In this document: piece after piece, positions 1 through 10,482 of the stretch
Layout of the letters: each line of letters starts with the position of its first letter
Numbering within the stretch: the stretch's first letter is position 1
NCBI GenBank assembly: GCA_030390025.1
Contig: CM059432.1
Coordinates: 153,948,001 to 153,992,301, forward strand
Source: Squalus acanthias
Lineage: Eukaryota
Length of the DNA: 44,301 nt
Direction of reading: 5' to 3'
Notes under the pieces: model-generated
Seen by the model: the letters and a program-made list of their open reading frames with translations, nothing else
What the model was told of the DNA's origin: nothing
Databases searched by the model: none
Made by a program: the position numbers and the translations under genes

Positions 1-287
1 GGAAAGCAAGATTAACCATCCCCTTTAAGAACTGGCCCGTGCCATTGTGTGTGTGTTCCATTGCTGACTGACATTACATGAGCTTCGCCAGCGCTCCGAG
101 TTAGCGCCTCACTGCTCGGCCTTTGCGCCTTAAGAGAGGTGTGCAGCGCCTGCTTTAGCGCTCCACTCACCTCCCGGGGCGGTAAAAGTGAAGTTTCCTG
201 TCAGTGCCGATAATTAGCGTCAGGCGCTAATATTTGCGTCCGGACAATATTTGCGCCCCAAATGGGGCGCGACCTAATTTTTACCCC
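1..287 (-). mobile_element. Terminus of a second PIF/Harbinger element, inverted, continuing off the left edge of the window
   Basis: The reverse complement begins GGGGTAAAAATTAGGTCGCGCCCCATTTGGGGCGCAAATAT. It is near-identical to 344-~530 for about 185 bp and diverges afterwards. Confidence 0.9.
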
Positions 288-700
288 TTTGTCTCTAATT
301 AAGGCAAAAATGAGAAATCGCACAACACCAGGTTATAGTCCAAGGGGTAGAAATTAGGTCGCGCCCCATTTGGGGCGCAAATATCGTCCGCGCGCAAATA
401 TTAGCGCCTGGCGCTAATTATCGGCACTGACAGGAAACTTCACTTTTACCGCCCCGGGAGGTGAGTGGAGCGCTAAATTAGGCGCTGCACACCTCTCTTA
501 AGGCGCAAAGGCCTAGGAGTGAGGCGCTACCTCAGCGCACGAGCGCAGCGCAGCTGCTGCCAGTTAGCGAGGGAACACAGACACACTGGCGCCGGACACT
601 TCTTAAAGCGGGGGGGGCCACTTGCTCCCCAGCCACACCCTGCTCATTGCAGCCTTGAATCTCAGCCTGGAGAGACCTGTAATCCATTTTGCTGCCAAGC

Positions 701-2644
701 ATGGAGAGGGTGAGAGAACGCGCTCATCGCTTCACCGAGCGGGCCTTGGATGCTCTGGTTGACGCAGTGGAGCGCAGACGATGCATGCTGTTCCCGGAGA
801 GTGGTAGGAGGCCTTTGCCACGCGAGTTCAGAAGAGTGTGGAGGGAGGTGGCTCAGAGCGTCTCCTCCAGGAGCATGGTGCCCAGGACCCATGTTCAGTG
901 CCGCAAAAAGTTCAACGACCTCACTCGGGTCGTCAGGGTGAGTGGCTTTTTCTCAATACCTCTCCATCCCTCCATCTCAACCTCACTCTATGGCCAGAGG
1001 GTCTTAAAACCCCAATGCACAACACTCATGCAACACCTATGGCCCTTTCATCAAACACACACACACATTCCACACTTTGCATACAGTAAGGGCTATTCAC
1101 CTATGGGAGACACATCAGGCAAGACCATGGCTGCATATTGACTCAGATGCTGTCCTTTTTCTTGCAGGCTAAGCTGGCTCATAATCGGAGACAGCAGCAA
1201 TGGACGGGTGGAGGGCGGCTTCAGCTGCAACCCCTCAGCGATCTGGAGGAGCGCGTCCACAGGATTGTGGCAAGCCGGGTGATCGGTCCCGTCGCCACTG
1301 GGGACGCCGACCCCGTTGTGGACAGCAATGGTAAGGTCATCACCTTTTTGTCCTCTGTCCTTCCACTTGTCCCTCACAATACCAGCCTTTGACACTTTCA
1401 ATCCAACTTGCTAACTCGCTGCACTTATTCCTCCCTTACTGCCACCCTGTCCTCACGCTAAAGCCACTCTTGTACCTCCCTGCTTTCAGATGGTGATTCA
1501 CCAGCTGAGGAGATGGTCCCTGAAGCTGCCACTGGGAGTGATGCTGCAGCTGAGGAGGAAGAGGAAGCCGGAGCATCAGTGCCACCCTCTCCCGAGGAAG
1601 CCCATGGCCACACTGGGAACACGCCTTCCCCGGAGGGGAGCAGGGGGGAAGGGGCTGATGATGGTGAAGTTCCAGGACCCAGCGGGCTGCAGCAACGCCA
1701 TTGGGGGGGGGAGGGAAGAACGGGGGAGCAGGGGGGAAGGGGCTGATGATGGTGAAGCTCCAGGACCCAGCGGGCTGCAGCAACGCCATTGGGGGGGGAG
1801 GGAAGAACGGGGGAGCAGGGGGGAAGGGGCTGATGATGGTGAAGCTCCAGGACCCAGCGGGCTGCAGCCACGCCATGGGGGGGGGAGGGAAGAACGGGAG
1901 CCTTCTCCCCAGAGGGAGAGTATGCCAGACACTCCTAATGCAATGGACGCAGAGGAGGAGCGGCTGATTGCAGAAATGAACAGCCAGGCGGTGGGCATGC
2001 ACACTGAGCTCATGGGTGCAGTGGGAAGGGTGCCCGAATGCATTGAGGCACTGGCAAGGAGTGTGGAGCACTTCGCTGTAGCACAGGCGGATGCCACACT
2101 AACGCTTACTGCTGCAATTCAGTCACTGGCTGCCAGGAACCCATCTGAGACTGCTCTCATGCAGACTCAGATTGAGGCCACGCGAGCACTGACTGCTGCC
2201 ATCCTCGATGGTTCGTGCACATGTCCCCGGGGCTGTCACCGCGCCGCAGCAGGCCAGCAATCTGTTCTCCGGCAAATTGCTCCGGATGCTGAAGTGCTGC
2301 CCCGTGGGAGTGCCAGTGTGTCGGGCGAGCAGGGAGTTGCTGTCCTCTCTCACGATGACAGCATTCCTGCTGCCAACACTGTCACTTCTCCACTGCACTT
2401 GCCACCGCCTGTAGGACAGACTGCTGCCGCCCATGCAGAGTTGGTGCAGTCTGCAGCCGGGCCCTCCAGGCCCAGAAGTGGTCGAGGCCGTCCTTCAGGG
2501 GCATCTGCAGTGTCAGGGTCTGACAAGCAGCAGCCTTCCACCAGCCTTGCTGCAGCCACTGAGGTCCCATTACGGAGGAGCAGTAGGGTTAGAAGGGGGG
2601 AAGTGCGCAAGGGAAGGAGATCACCCTCGAAGGGCAAAAAGTAG
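701..2644 (+). CDS. Harbinger Myb/SANT-like DNA-binding protein, 3 exons (701-937, 1168-1330, 1490-2644), with an apparent +1 frameshift at the G run 1703-1711
   Basis: Exon 1 (RFTERALDALVDAV...VWREVA...QCRKKFNDL) is a Myb/trihelix domain, followed by TGGG in exon 2. Splice sites are canonical and phase-compatible: AGG|gtgagt 938, cttgcag| 1167, G|gtaagg 1331, ctttcag| 1489. An acidic/low-complexity region, a helical segment and a basic C-terminus follow. Confidence 0.85.
1635..1900 (+). repeat. Three ~87-bp tandem repeats (29 aa, GSRGEGADDGEAPGPSGLQQRHWGGREER) in the Myb gene
   Basis: Unit spacing is 88 bp then 87 bp; the first unit carries one extra G. Confidence 0.93.
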
Positions 2645-2671
2645 GAGGTGTGCCAAAATGCTGGTCATTTT

Positions 2672-2827
2672 TTTATTAAAGGCCGAGGTTCATGGCCCAA
2701 CTTTTGTTTAGTGTTTTGGACATTATCTCCAGGTTGTGAGAACCAGTTATGTTATTGACTGTTTTTTTGTGTTTATTTCTATGAGTTTGTCATGAGGAAT
2801 TGACACACACAGAGTTTGTACAATAAA
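2672..2827. promoter_or_regulatory. Shared AT-rich 3' region with polyadenylation signals for both convergent genes
   Basis: Plus strand: ATTAAA 2675 and AATAAA 2822. Minus strand: AATAAA at 2672-2677 and 2772-2777. Confidence 0.55.
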
Positions 2828-2938
2828 TAAGTTTCTGTATTCAAAATATACATGGCTGGTGGTTGGAATTATTGGTGCCTTGGCCGGCTTAGGGGTTGCG
2901 TGCTGGGTTGATTCGTGTTTGTAGCACTGGCAGGGGCC

Positions 2939-4099
2939 CTAGAAGCGGCTTGCTATTAGTCGTTGACGGACGGCCCTTGCAGTTTGACCATTGTGGGCCG
3001 CCCTCCTGCCTTGGTGCTGCTGCTGATCATCGTCCTCGGCCTGTTCCTCCTCTTCCTCCTCCTCCTCTTGTGGTGCTGCAAGGCCTGGTGGCATTGGCTG
3101 CGTCCTGAGGATTGCCATGTTGTGCAACATGCAGCACACAACTACGAATTTGGAAACTTGCTCAGGCGAGTACTGCAGGGCTCCTCCGGAATGGTCCAGA
3201 CAGCGGAATCGTTGTTTGAGCACGCCGATTGTGCGCTCAATAATGTTCCTGGTTGCTTGTTGGCTTTCCTGGTACCGCAGCTCAGCAGGGGTGTTTGGCG
3301 CACGGAGCGGTGTCATCAGCCAGGTGCTCAATGCGTACCCCTTGTCCCCCAGAAGCCAACCAACTGGCTGATGCGGTGCCTCGAAAATTTCTGCCACAGT
3401 ACTCTGGCGCAGGATGAAAGCATCGTGGCAGCTGCCCGGATAGTGGGCATTGACAGCGAGAATCACCTGTCTGTGGTCACAGACCAACTGCACATTCAAG
3501 GAATGGAACCCCTTTCTGTTCCAGAACTCCTCTGCATTCTCTCGCGGAGCACGCAAAGCCACATGCGTGCAGTCAATGGCGCCCTGCACCATGGGGAAGC
3601 CCGCTACCCTCGCAAAGCCCATAGCACGGTCATGCTGCTTGTCTGGGGTCATAGGGAAGGAGATGAAGTCTCGTCTCCTTGTGAAGAGGGCATTGGTGAC
3701 CTGCCGGATGCAGCGATGCACCGCAAACTGGGAGATATTGGCGAGGTCCCCAACAGCAGCTTGGAATGAGCCAGTGGCGTAGAAGTTCAAAGCCACTGTG
3801 ACCTTCACTGCCACCGACAGAGACGTCCTGGACCTCAGCTGAGGCTGCAGATCTGGCTGCAGCAGGTGGCAGAGCTCAGTGACCACCTCCTTGCTGAATC
3901 GCAGCCTTCGCAAACACAGCTCCTCGGACATGTGGATGTAGGAGAGCTGTTCACGATATACCCTGGGAGGGTAAGCTCTCCTGTACATGCGCCTGATGGC
4001 CCTCCTCCGTCTGGCCATCATTGCCACTCTCTGTCTGCGTCTCACTATCCTCCGATTGAGCTGGAGCAGGACGACGCCCCCAATCATTGCAGCCCCCAT
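2939..4099 (-). CDS. PIF/Harbinger (HARBI1-like) DDE transposase, 386 aa, intronless, intact
   Basis: Motifs GAIDCTHV, NRKGFHSLNVQLVCD, GSCHDAFIL, LLGDKGY, IERTIGVLKQRFRCL and CCMLHN are present, with an N-terminal HTH region and no stops. Confidence 0.96.
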   Translation of the reverse strand: MGAAMIGGVVLLQLNRRIVRRRQRVAMMARRRRAIRRMYRRAYPPRVYREQLSYIHMSEELCLRRLRFSKEVVTELCHLLQPDLQPQLRSRTSLSVAVKVTVALNFYATGSFQAAVGDLANISQFAVHRCIRQVTNALFTRRRDFISFPMTPDKQHDRAMGFARVAGFPMVQGAIDCTHVALRAPRENAEEFWNRKGFHSLNVQLVCDHRQVILAVNAHYPGSCHDAFILRQSTVAEIFEAPHQPVGWLLGDKGYALSTWLMTPLRAPNTPAELRYQESQQATRNIIERTIGVLKQRFRCLDHSGGALQYSPEQVSKFVVVCCMLHNMAILRTQPMPPGLAAPQEEEEEEEEQAEDDDQQQHQGRRAAHNGQTARAVRQRLIASRF

Positions 4100-4203
4100 A
4101 TTCTCTTTGCCAGAAAAGTAATGAGGTACAGCAACGAAAGTAGCAGCAAAGTTAGGATGAACTAGGCAAAACTACCTCACAAAGCGTTGAGTCAATGTAG
4201 AAG

Positions 4204-4440
4204 TCTCTCTCTCTCTCTCTCCGAATCTCTCTCTCTCTCTCAGAACGAGTGGTGCATAAATGTCGACCACAGAAAAAGACAGGAAGAGGCCCCCTTTAAA
4301 TAGCGCCCCCCCCAGCCCCACACCGATTGATAACGTTCCAGTCTTCCGGTCGTTGGAAGCGCCAGGCGGTAAGGCAGGGGGCGCCACTCAATTTCCGCTC
4401 CGGGGCGCCCCAAGGGCGTTGCACCACGGAATGACGTCAC
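4204..4440 (-). promoter_or_regulatory. Putative transposase promoter and 5' UTR
   Basis: TATTTAAA on the minus strand (~4295-4302), CRE palindrome TGACGTCA (4432-4439) and a (GA)n tract (4204-4241). The TATA-like and CRE motifs are retained in the MITE. Confidence 0.45.
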
Positions 4441-4630
4441 AATCTGCGCGCGCAGGTGGTCGCAGCGGTAAGTTTTAGCGCCGCCGCACAATCTCAAGTT
4501 AAGTTCTCGAGCGGCGCAAACAGCGCTGCGCCCGGGCGTTAGCACCTTAACGCCCCATTAGCACCCTTTTAAGGCGCTAACGGGAGGCGCAACCAACTGA
4601 ATTTTTACCCCCAACAGTTTTATTTGAAAT

Positions 4631-4665
4631 TACGAGCTTTCGGAGCTCTGCTCCTTCGTCAGGTA
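4631..4665 (-). ncRNA. Minimal type I hammerhead ribozyme motif (Penelope pLTR)
   Basis: tac-CTGACGA-A-GGAGC aga GCTCC-GAAAGCTC-gta on the minus strand. Confidence 0.75.
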
Positions 4666-4897
4666 CAGTGAGGGAATACAAATCGATTACAAAGTATATA
4701 TAGACAGAGAACAATGTGTCTGCAGAGATACAATCCGTCAGGGAGGCATTACATCAAAGACACAGCAGAGTACAGCTAAGACAATGAGATGGGTCACAGG
4801 GGGTCCAATGTGTCAAATGCTGCAGTCTGCAGTTAAGCTTTTAACTTTTTAAAAAAAAACTGGAAATCACACCTGTGAACCAGACAACGATGTCGAG

Positions 4898-5341
4898 TCA
4901 CGTTCTGTAGCGTGACATGAAACCGAGATCCTGGTTGAGGCCGTCCTCATGGGTGCGGAACTTGGCTATCAGTTTCTGCTCAATGATTTTGCGTTGTCGT
5001 GTGTCTCGAAGGCCGCCTTGGAGAACGCTAACCTGCAGATCCGAGGCTGAATGTCCTTGACTGCTGAAGTGTTCCCCGACTGGGAGGTAACAATCCTGCC
5101 TGGTGATTGTTGCGTGGTGTCCGTTCATACGTTGTCTCAGTGTCTGCATGGTCTCGCCGATGTACCATGCCGTGGTGCATTCTTTCCTGCAACGTATGAG
5201 GTAGACAACGTTGGCCGAGTCACATGAGTATGTACCATGTACCTGGTGGGTAGTGTCCTCACGTGTGATGATGGTATCTGTGTTGATGATCTGGCATGTC
5301 TTGCAGAGGTTGCCGTGGCAGGGTTGTGTGGTGTCATGGTC
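4898..5341 (-). pseudogene. C-terminal Zn-finger/GIY-YIG endonuclease of a Penelope-like (Neptune-type) element; RT absent
   Basis: PCHGNLCKTC, CDSANVVYLIRC, YIGET, RMNGH, VGEHF and EQKLI...GLN. The first ~21 aa of the listed ORF come from the inverted repeat and are not genuine. Confidence 0.9.
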
Positions 5342-5452
5342 GCTATACTCTGCTGTGTCTTTGATGTAATGCCTTCCTGACAGATTGTATCTCTGCAGAC
5401 ACATTGTTCTCTGTCTATATATACTTTGTAATCGATTTGTATTCCCTCACTG

Positions 5453-5487
5453 TACCTGACGAAGGAGCAGAGCTCCGAAAGCTCGTA
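5453..5487 (+). ncRNA. Minimal type I hammerhead ribozyme motif (inverted pLTR copy)
   Basis: tac-CTGACGA-A-GGAGC aga GCTCC-GAAAGCTC-gta, with palindromic AGCT in place of stem III. Confidence 0.75.
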
Positions 5488-7169
5488 GTTTCAAATAAAA
5501 CTGTTGGACTATAACCTGGTGTTGTGCGACTTCTCATTTTTGTCCACCCCAGTGCAACGCCGGCATCTCCGCATCATGACCTCTAATTAAGGCACTCCAG
5601 GAATAGGCTGGTCATTAAGGACCAGCATCATTGCTTGCTTTAGCACAACTCCTGGAATCCCAACAAGCATGAATTCACTGTCTACTTTATTCCACAGTAG
5701 ATGTATATTTGTGCCTTTAACTGAATTACTACTTACCTAAAAGTGAGTCCACTACTGTGTATTCTGTACACTTTCATAATCCCCAAAACAGAAGCCTCCA
5801 AAGTATGGTTAGGGTTTTGAGCCACCATAGGTGCACCCGAGTCACAGTAAACACCCGAGAGTGGGAGAGGAAGGAAGAGAAGTGGAAAGAGTGGCAAGTA
5901 TGGGGACAGAGAAAGGAAGACAGAGAGGCCAGATGGTGAAGGCCTCCAATGCCCACAGAACAGGGAATCAAGAACTTCTCCCTTTATACACAGATTTTCA
6001 TTACATTGTGTCCTCCAGCCAACCCAATAATCACCCCGCTCTCTACAGCCATCACCAGGACATAGTCCTCAAAAAGGATCTTCAAGCTAGGCAGATCTTG
6101 GACACTAGCCGGGATTTCTCCCACATCAGGACATTTGCTCGGTTTGTACAATCAAATTCAGCTCACAGTTTTGAGCAAAAATATTAAGTCTAAGCCCAGG
6201 CTTTTGGGAGAGGCTAGGATGTGAAAAGAAAGCATTAAAACAAAGACAATTCAATGGAGAAATTTAATATTATAGAAAAATGCATTAGAAATTTCAGTTA
6301 CTAAGAAAAAACGAAAATTGAAAACATTTTCAGAAAGCATTTTCAACAATTTGCAGGGGAAAAGACAATATAGCACCACCCAGTGGCCAGAGTCTGCAGC
6401 TATAGCTATATGAGTATTAAGTGCCATGACAATTGGAAAATTGTAAAAGTATCACAGCCAAAGGGTTACATAGAAATTTTCATTAGAAACTCAATAGACA
6501 TACAAATTTTAATATAATAGATTGCATACTTAACTTACCAGGAGCAATATCACAAGATACATTCTTATAACAAAGCTTATCGTCTAGTGTGCATCCATTG
6601 GACATTAGACCTCAAAAGGATATAGCTCAAATCTATCAATCAGGTACTGGAACCAGCCAGATGGGCCAAGATGATTTTTTCCCAGTTCAGTACATTCCTA
6701 TGTTCCTACATAACGTTGCTTCAAATAATCATAAGTTAATCATGTATATTTACTCAAATATCCCAGTAACTAAATGTAACACAATCAAAAGCCACTTCTA
6801 TTCACTAGACAGATAGAAAACATTAGCTCTCAGGAACTCTGAACCATCCCCAAAACCAATTAAATCTCTTTTTTTCCCTAAAACTACCAATAGGAAACAG
6901 CAAAGATCCAGGCCGTGTTGAAAAATGAAAGTAGAGAATTTTGTCACTACAGACCACAGCATTTTACAATGTCTACACTACAGCAGGACTTTCTAACATG
7001 TACTGAAAAAAGGTGGGTGAGAAAATGACGTTAAGGATTCCCACCCCATTTCCTGCCTCTGACGGCGTGCGTACTGTCAAATCAGATGGGCATCCATAAT
7101 GCCAGATTCTCACCCACTCTTTTATCTTCCCAATTTTCCAATATCACCCCTCCCCCTACCATAGCCCTG

Positions 7170-8436
7170 AACCTGCTTTCTCCAGTTTCTCTCACTTCTC
7201 CCTTCATGTTCTGTTCAAGCTCATTTTGAGCAAGAGACCCAACTCTTGCTCATTTGACCCCATTCCCACGAAACTGCTGACCACTCAACTTCCCTTCCTG
7301 GCCCCCATGTCAGCCAACATTGTAAATGTTTCTCTCTGTCCTCAGGTACTGTCCATTTATCTTTCATAACTGTAGTCATCATCACCCTCCTCAAAAAAAA
7401 AACCTTGAACCCTCTGTCCTTGTAAACTACTGCAAAATCCCCAACCTCCCTATCCTCTTCAAAGTCCTTGAATGTGTTGTCACCTCCAAATGCCGTGCCC
7501 ATCTTTCCTGCAACTCAACATTCGAATCTCCCAATCAGGTTTCCGCACCTGCCACAGCACTGAAACAGGGTGCCCTAAACAAAGTCACAAATGACATCCT
7601 CCGTGACCATGGTGTATTATCCCTCCTCATCCTCCCCAACATTTCTGCAGCGTTTGACGCAATCAATGATAACACCCTCCTCCAACACCTGTCTTCCATT
7701 GTGTAACTGAGACTGTCCTTCCTTGGTTCCACTGTTGACTATCCGATTGTAGTCTCTTTCCACCTCCACATTGTTACCTCCAGAGCTCCCCCAAGGATTT
7801 ATCTTTAACCCCCGCCTCTTCCTAAGCTGCATACTGTCTTTTAGTGACATCATTTGCAGACATGGGATCAGCTTCCACATGTACGCTGATGGCGCCCGGC
7901 ACCATCTCTTCATCTCTTTCGACCCCTCCTGTGTGTTGTCAGACTGCATGTCCGATATCCCATCTTGAATAAGCCAGAATTTCCTCCAATTAAACATTGG
8001 GAAGACTGAAGTCATCATCTTTGGTCCCCGCCACAACTCCACGTGGTTGCCACTGATTCCATCCCAGCCAGATTGAACCAGACTGTTAGTAACCTCAGCG
8101 TCCTATTTGACCGCATATCCTCTCCATCACAAAGATCGCCTACTTCTACCTCCATAACATCACCTGCGCCCACCGCTGCCTCAGACCATCTGCTGCTGAA
8201 ACCTTCATCCATTCTTTGTCAGCTCCAGAGTCAACTATTCCAATTCTCTCCTGGATGAGCTCTCATTCTCCTCCACTTCAGCTCATCAAAAAATCAAAAA
8301 CTCTGCTGCCTATCCCAAACCAAGTCCCATCTCCTTATTTGGCTCGGCACCCATGTTTATCTGATTATGCTTCTGTGAATCACCTTGGGACATTTTTCTA
8401 CGTTGAAACTATGATATAAATGCAAGTTGTTGTTGA
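7170..8436 (+). mobile_element. Degenerate L2-clade LINE, 3' part
   Basis: Frameshifted RT remnants (SAAFDAINDNTLL, ISFHMYADG, QLNIGKTEVI) and an L2-like 3' end, ccttgggacattttt...tataaatgcaagttgttgttg. Confidence 0.8.
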
Positions 8437-10350
8437 TGTTCCTTCTGCATCTCTGGCAGTTCTAGAGGAGGAAGGGAGGCTAGAATAAGTTGAAGAGGCA
8501 TGTTCATGTCCCTTTCAGTAGGAGTGAAATGCAGTTTCATGATATAATTTTCTGACAAGTAGTGTGGGATACAATAGAATGAGATGGTAAAGGTGCATAC
8601 AATATATCAACAATCCTGCAACTGACACCTACCCTCAGACTTCCCTCATTTCCAACTTTAGTGCCCCCTTCCCAGGAACTCTCAAATGAGGACTATCCTC
8701 TTCACTTCCAAATTAGGGGCTCTTATTCATTCTCGTGGACTTTCAGGTATCTTCCTTTCATAGCTGCTAGAAATTTCCTTTTGCGCTGCTTCAGACCATT
8801 AAATCCTTCAACATTCAAAGGTTACACCCCACAATAGTGAGCTCCCAGTGATTGGTGTTCTTGACGCCAAAAGCTCACCCGTGTTATGCTAATTTGGCCC
8901 CCAGAAACTTCAGCGGTGGGCTGAGAATCCTGCTCTGCCACTTCTCCATTTGGGTTTTTTTCTGAGCAGAAAATCTGGGTTTGAGGGTCACATAGGCTCA
9001 TCATACAAACGCAAGAGCTTCTCTCTGCAAACAGTTTAATCCTGCAGGCTGATGGTGCCCAGACTTTGTCTTCATGGTCCACACAAGTGTGTACCAAGGA
9101 GCCTCAAGGCCACATATACTGTTTCAATTCATGCTTCTATTAATTTGTATTTATATGAGATTGCTGATAGTTGATTGTTTGCAAATCTACAACAAACTCA
9201 TCTTCCAATCCGTTTCATTCCAATTCAATCTAATACTCAGTTTCCAATCCGCTCTAGTCCAATTCAATCCAATACTCAGTTTCCAATCCATTCAATTCCA
9301 CTTCAACCCAATTCTCAGTTTCCAATTCGTTCCATTCCAATTCAGTCTAATACTCAGTCTCCAATCCGTTCCAGTCCACTTCAATCCAATACTCAGTTTC
9401 CAATTTGTTCCATTCCAATTCAATCCAATACTCAGTTTCCAATTTGTTCCAGTCCAATTCAATCCAATACTCAGTTTCCAATCCATTCTATTCCAATTCA
9501 ATCCAATACTCAGTTTCCAATCCGTTCCATTCCAATTCAATCCAATACTCAGTTTCCAATTCGTTCTATTCCAGTTCAATCCAATACTCAGTTTCCAATC
9601 CGTTCCATTCCAATTTAATCCAATACTCAGTTTCCAATTTGTTCCATTCCAATTCAATCCAATACTCAGTTTCCAATTCGTTCTATTCCAATTCAATCCA
9701 ATATTCAGTTTCCAATTCGTTCTATTCCAATTCAATCCAATATTCAGTTTCCAATTCGTTCTATTCCAATTCAATCCAATACTCAGTTTCCAATCCGTTC
9801 CAGTCCAATTCAATCCAATACTCAGTTTCCAATCCGTTCCATTCCAATTTAATCCAATACTCAGTTTCCAATCCATTCCATTCCAATTCAATACAATACT
9901 CAGTTTCCAATCCGTTCCATTCCAATTCAATCCAATACTCAGTTTCCAATCCGTTCCAGTCCAATTCAATCCAATACTCAGTTTCCAATCCGTTCCATTC
10001 CAATTTAATCCAATACTCAGTTTCCAATCCATTCCATTCCAATTCAATACAATACTCAGTTTCCAATCCGTTCCATTCCAATTCAATCCAATACTCAGTT
10101 TCCAATTCATTCCAGCCCAATTCAATCCAATACTCAGTTTCCAATTTGTTCCATTCCAATTCAATGCAATACTCAGTTTCCAATCCATTCCATTCCAATT
10201 CAATCCAATACTCAGTTTCCAATTTGTTCCAGACCAATTCAATCCAATACTCAGTTTCCAATTTGTTTCAGTCCACTTTAATCCAATATAACAACAGAAA
10301 ACACTGGAAAAACTCAGCAGGTGAGGCAGCATCCGTGGAGAGAGAAACAG

Positions 10351-10386
10351 AGTTAACGTTTCAGGTCGAGACCTTTCATCAGAACT
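10351..10386 (-). ncRNA. Minimal hammerhead ribozyme motif
   Basis: agtt-CTGATGA-A-AGGTC tc GACCT-GAAACGTT-aact on the minus strand. Confidence 0.75.
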
Positions 10387-10482
10387 GGAAACAGCAGGAA
10401 TTCAAATAGATTTAAGGCAAGGATAAAGCTGGGAAAAGGGGGAGGGGATGAAAGAACAAAAGGAGAGATTAAGAGACATTAA

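Larger units (their letters stand above)
344..4611. mobile_element. Full-length PIF/Harbinger DNA transposon (4268 bp)
   Basis: TIRs are GGGGTAGAAATT (344-355) and AATTTTTACCCC (4600-4611), with 3-bp TSD CAA (341-343, 4612-4614). The uninterrupted site is visible in the inverted host copy (ctgttggactataa, 5501-5514). It has the two-gene Myb + DDE organisation. Confidence 0.95.
306..5580 (-). mobile_element. 5'-truncated Penelope-like retroelement with an inverted pseudo-LTR, interrupted by a Harbinger element
   Basis: A direct repeat CTCTAATTAAGGC at 293-305 and 5581-5593 is the TSD. 306-343 plus 4612-4776 is the reverse complement of 5342-5541, and there is a ~39-bp extra tail at 5542-5580. 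It contains a GIY-YIG ORF and hammerhead motifs. Confidence 0.88.

Noticed and set aside
1490..1710. N-terminus of the listed 384-aa ORF as a real protein start
   Set aside because: The ATG lies at the splice acceptor and splice phase points to another frame; only the part after ~1711 is likely genuine.
2939..4099. Domesticated host HARBI1 gene
   Set aside because: Enclosed by TIRs and a TSD with a Myb partner, so it is a transposon copy.
5600..6700. Possible host exons (minus-strand GGTAAGT donors near 5737 and 6538; ORF 5831-6187)
   Set aside because: No convincing acceptor or recognisable protein; needs RNA-seq or a homology search.
7013..7117. 11-bp inverted repeat GTGGGTGAGAA/TTCTCACCCAC
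   Set aside because: Possibly a decayed MITE, but no TSD or second copy supports it.
9203..10289. CRISPR-like regular repeat
   Set aside because: No unique spacers, no cas genes, eukaryotic context.
9074..10409. Long ORFs (405, 346, 334 aa) with 13-aa periodicity
   Set aside because: By-product of a 39-bp satellite that is open in several frames on both strands.
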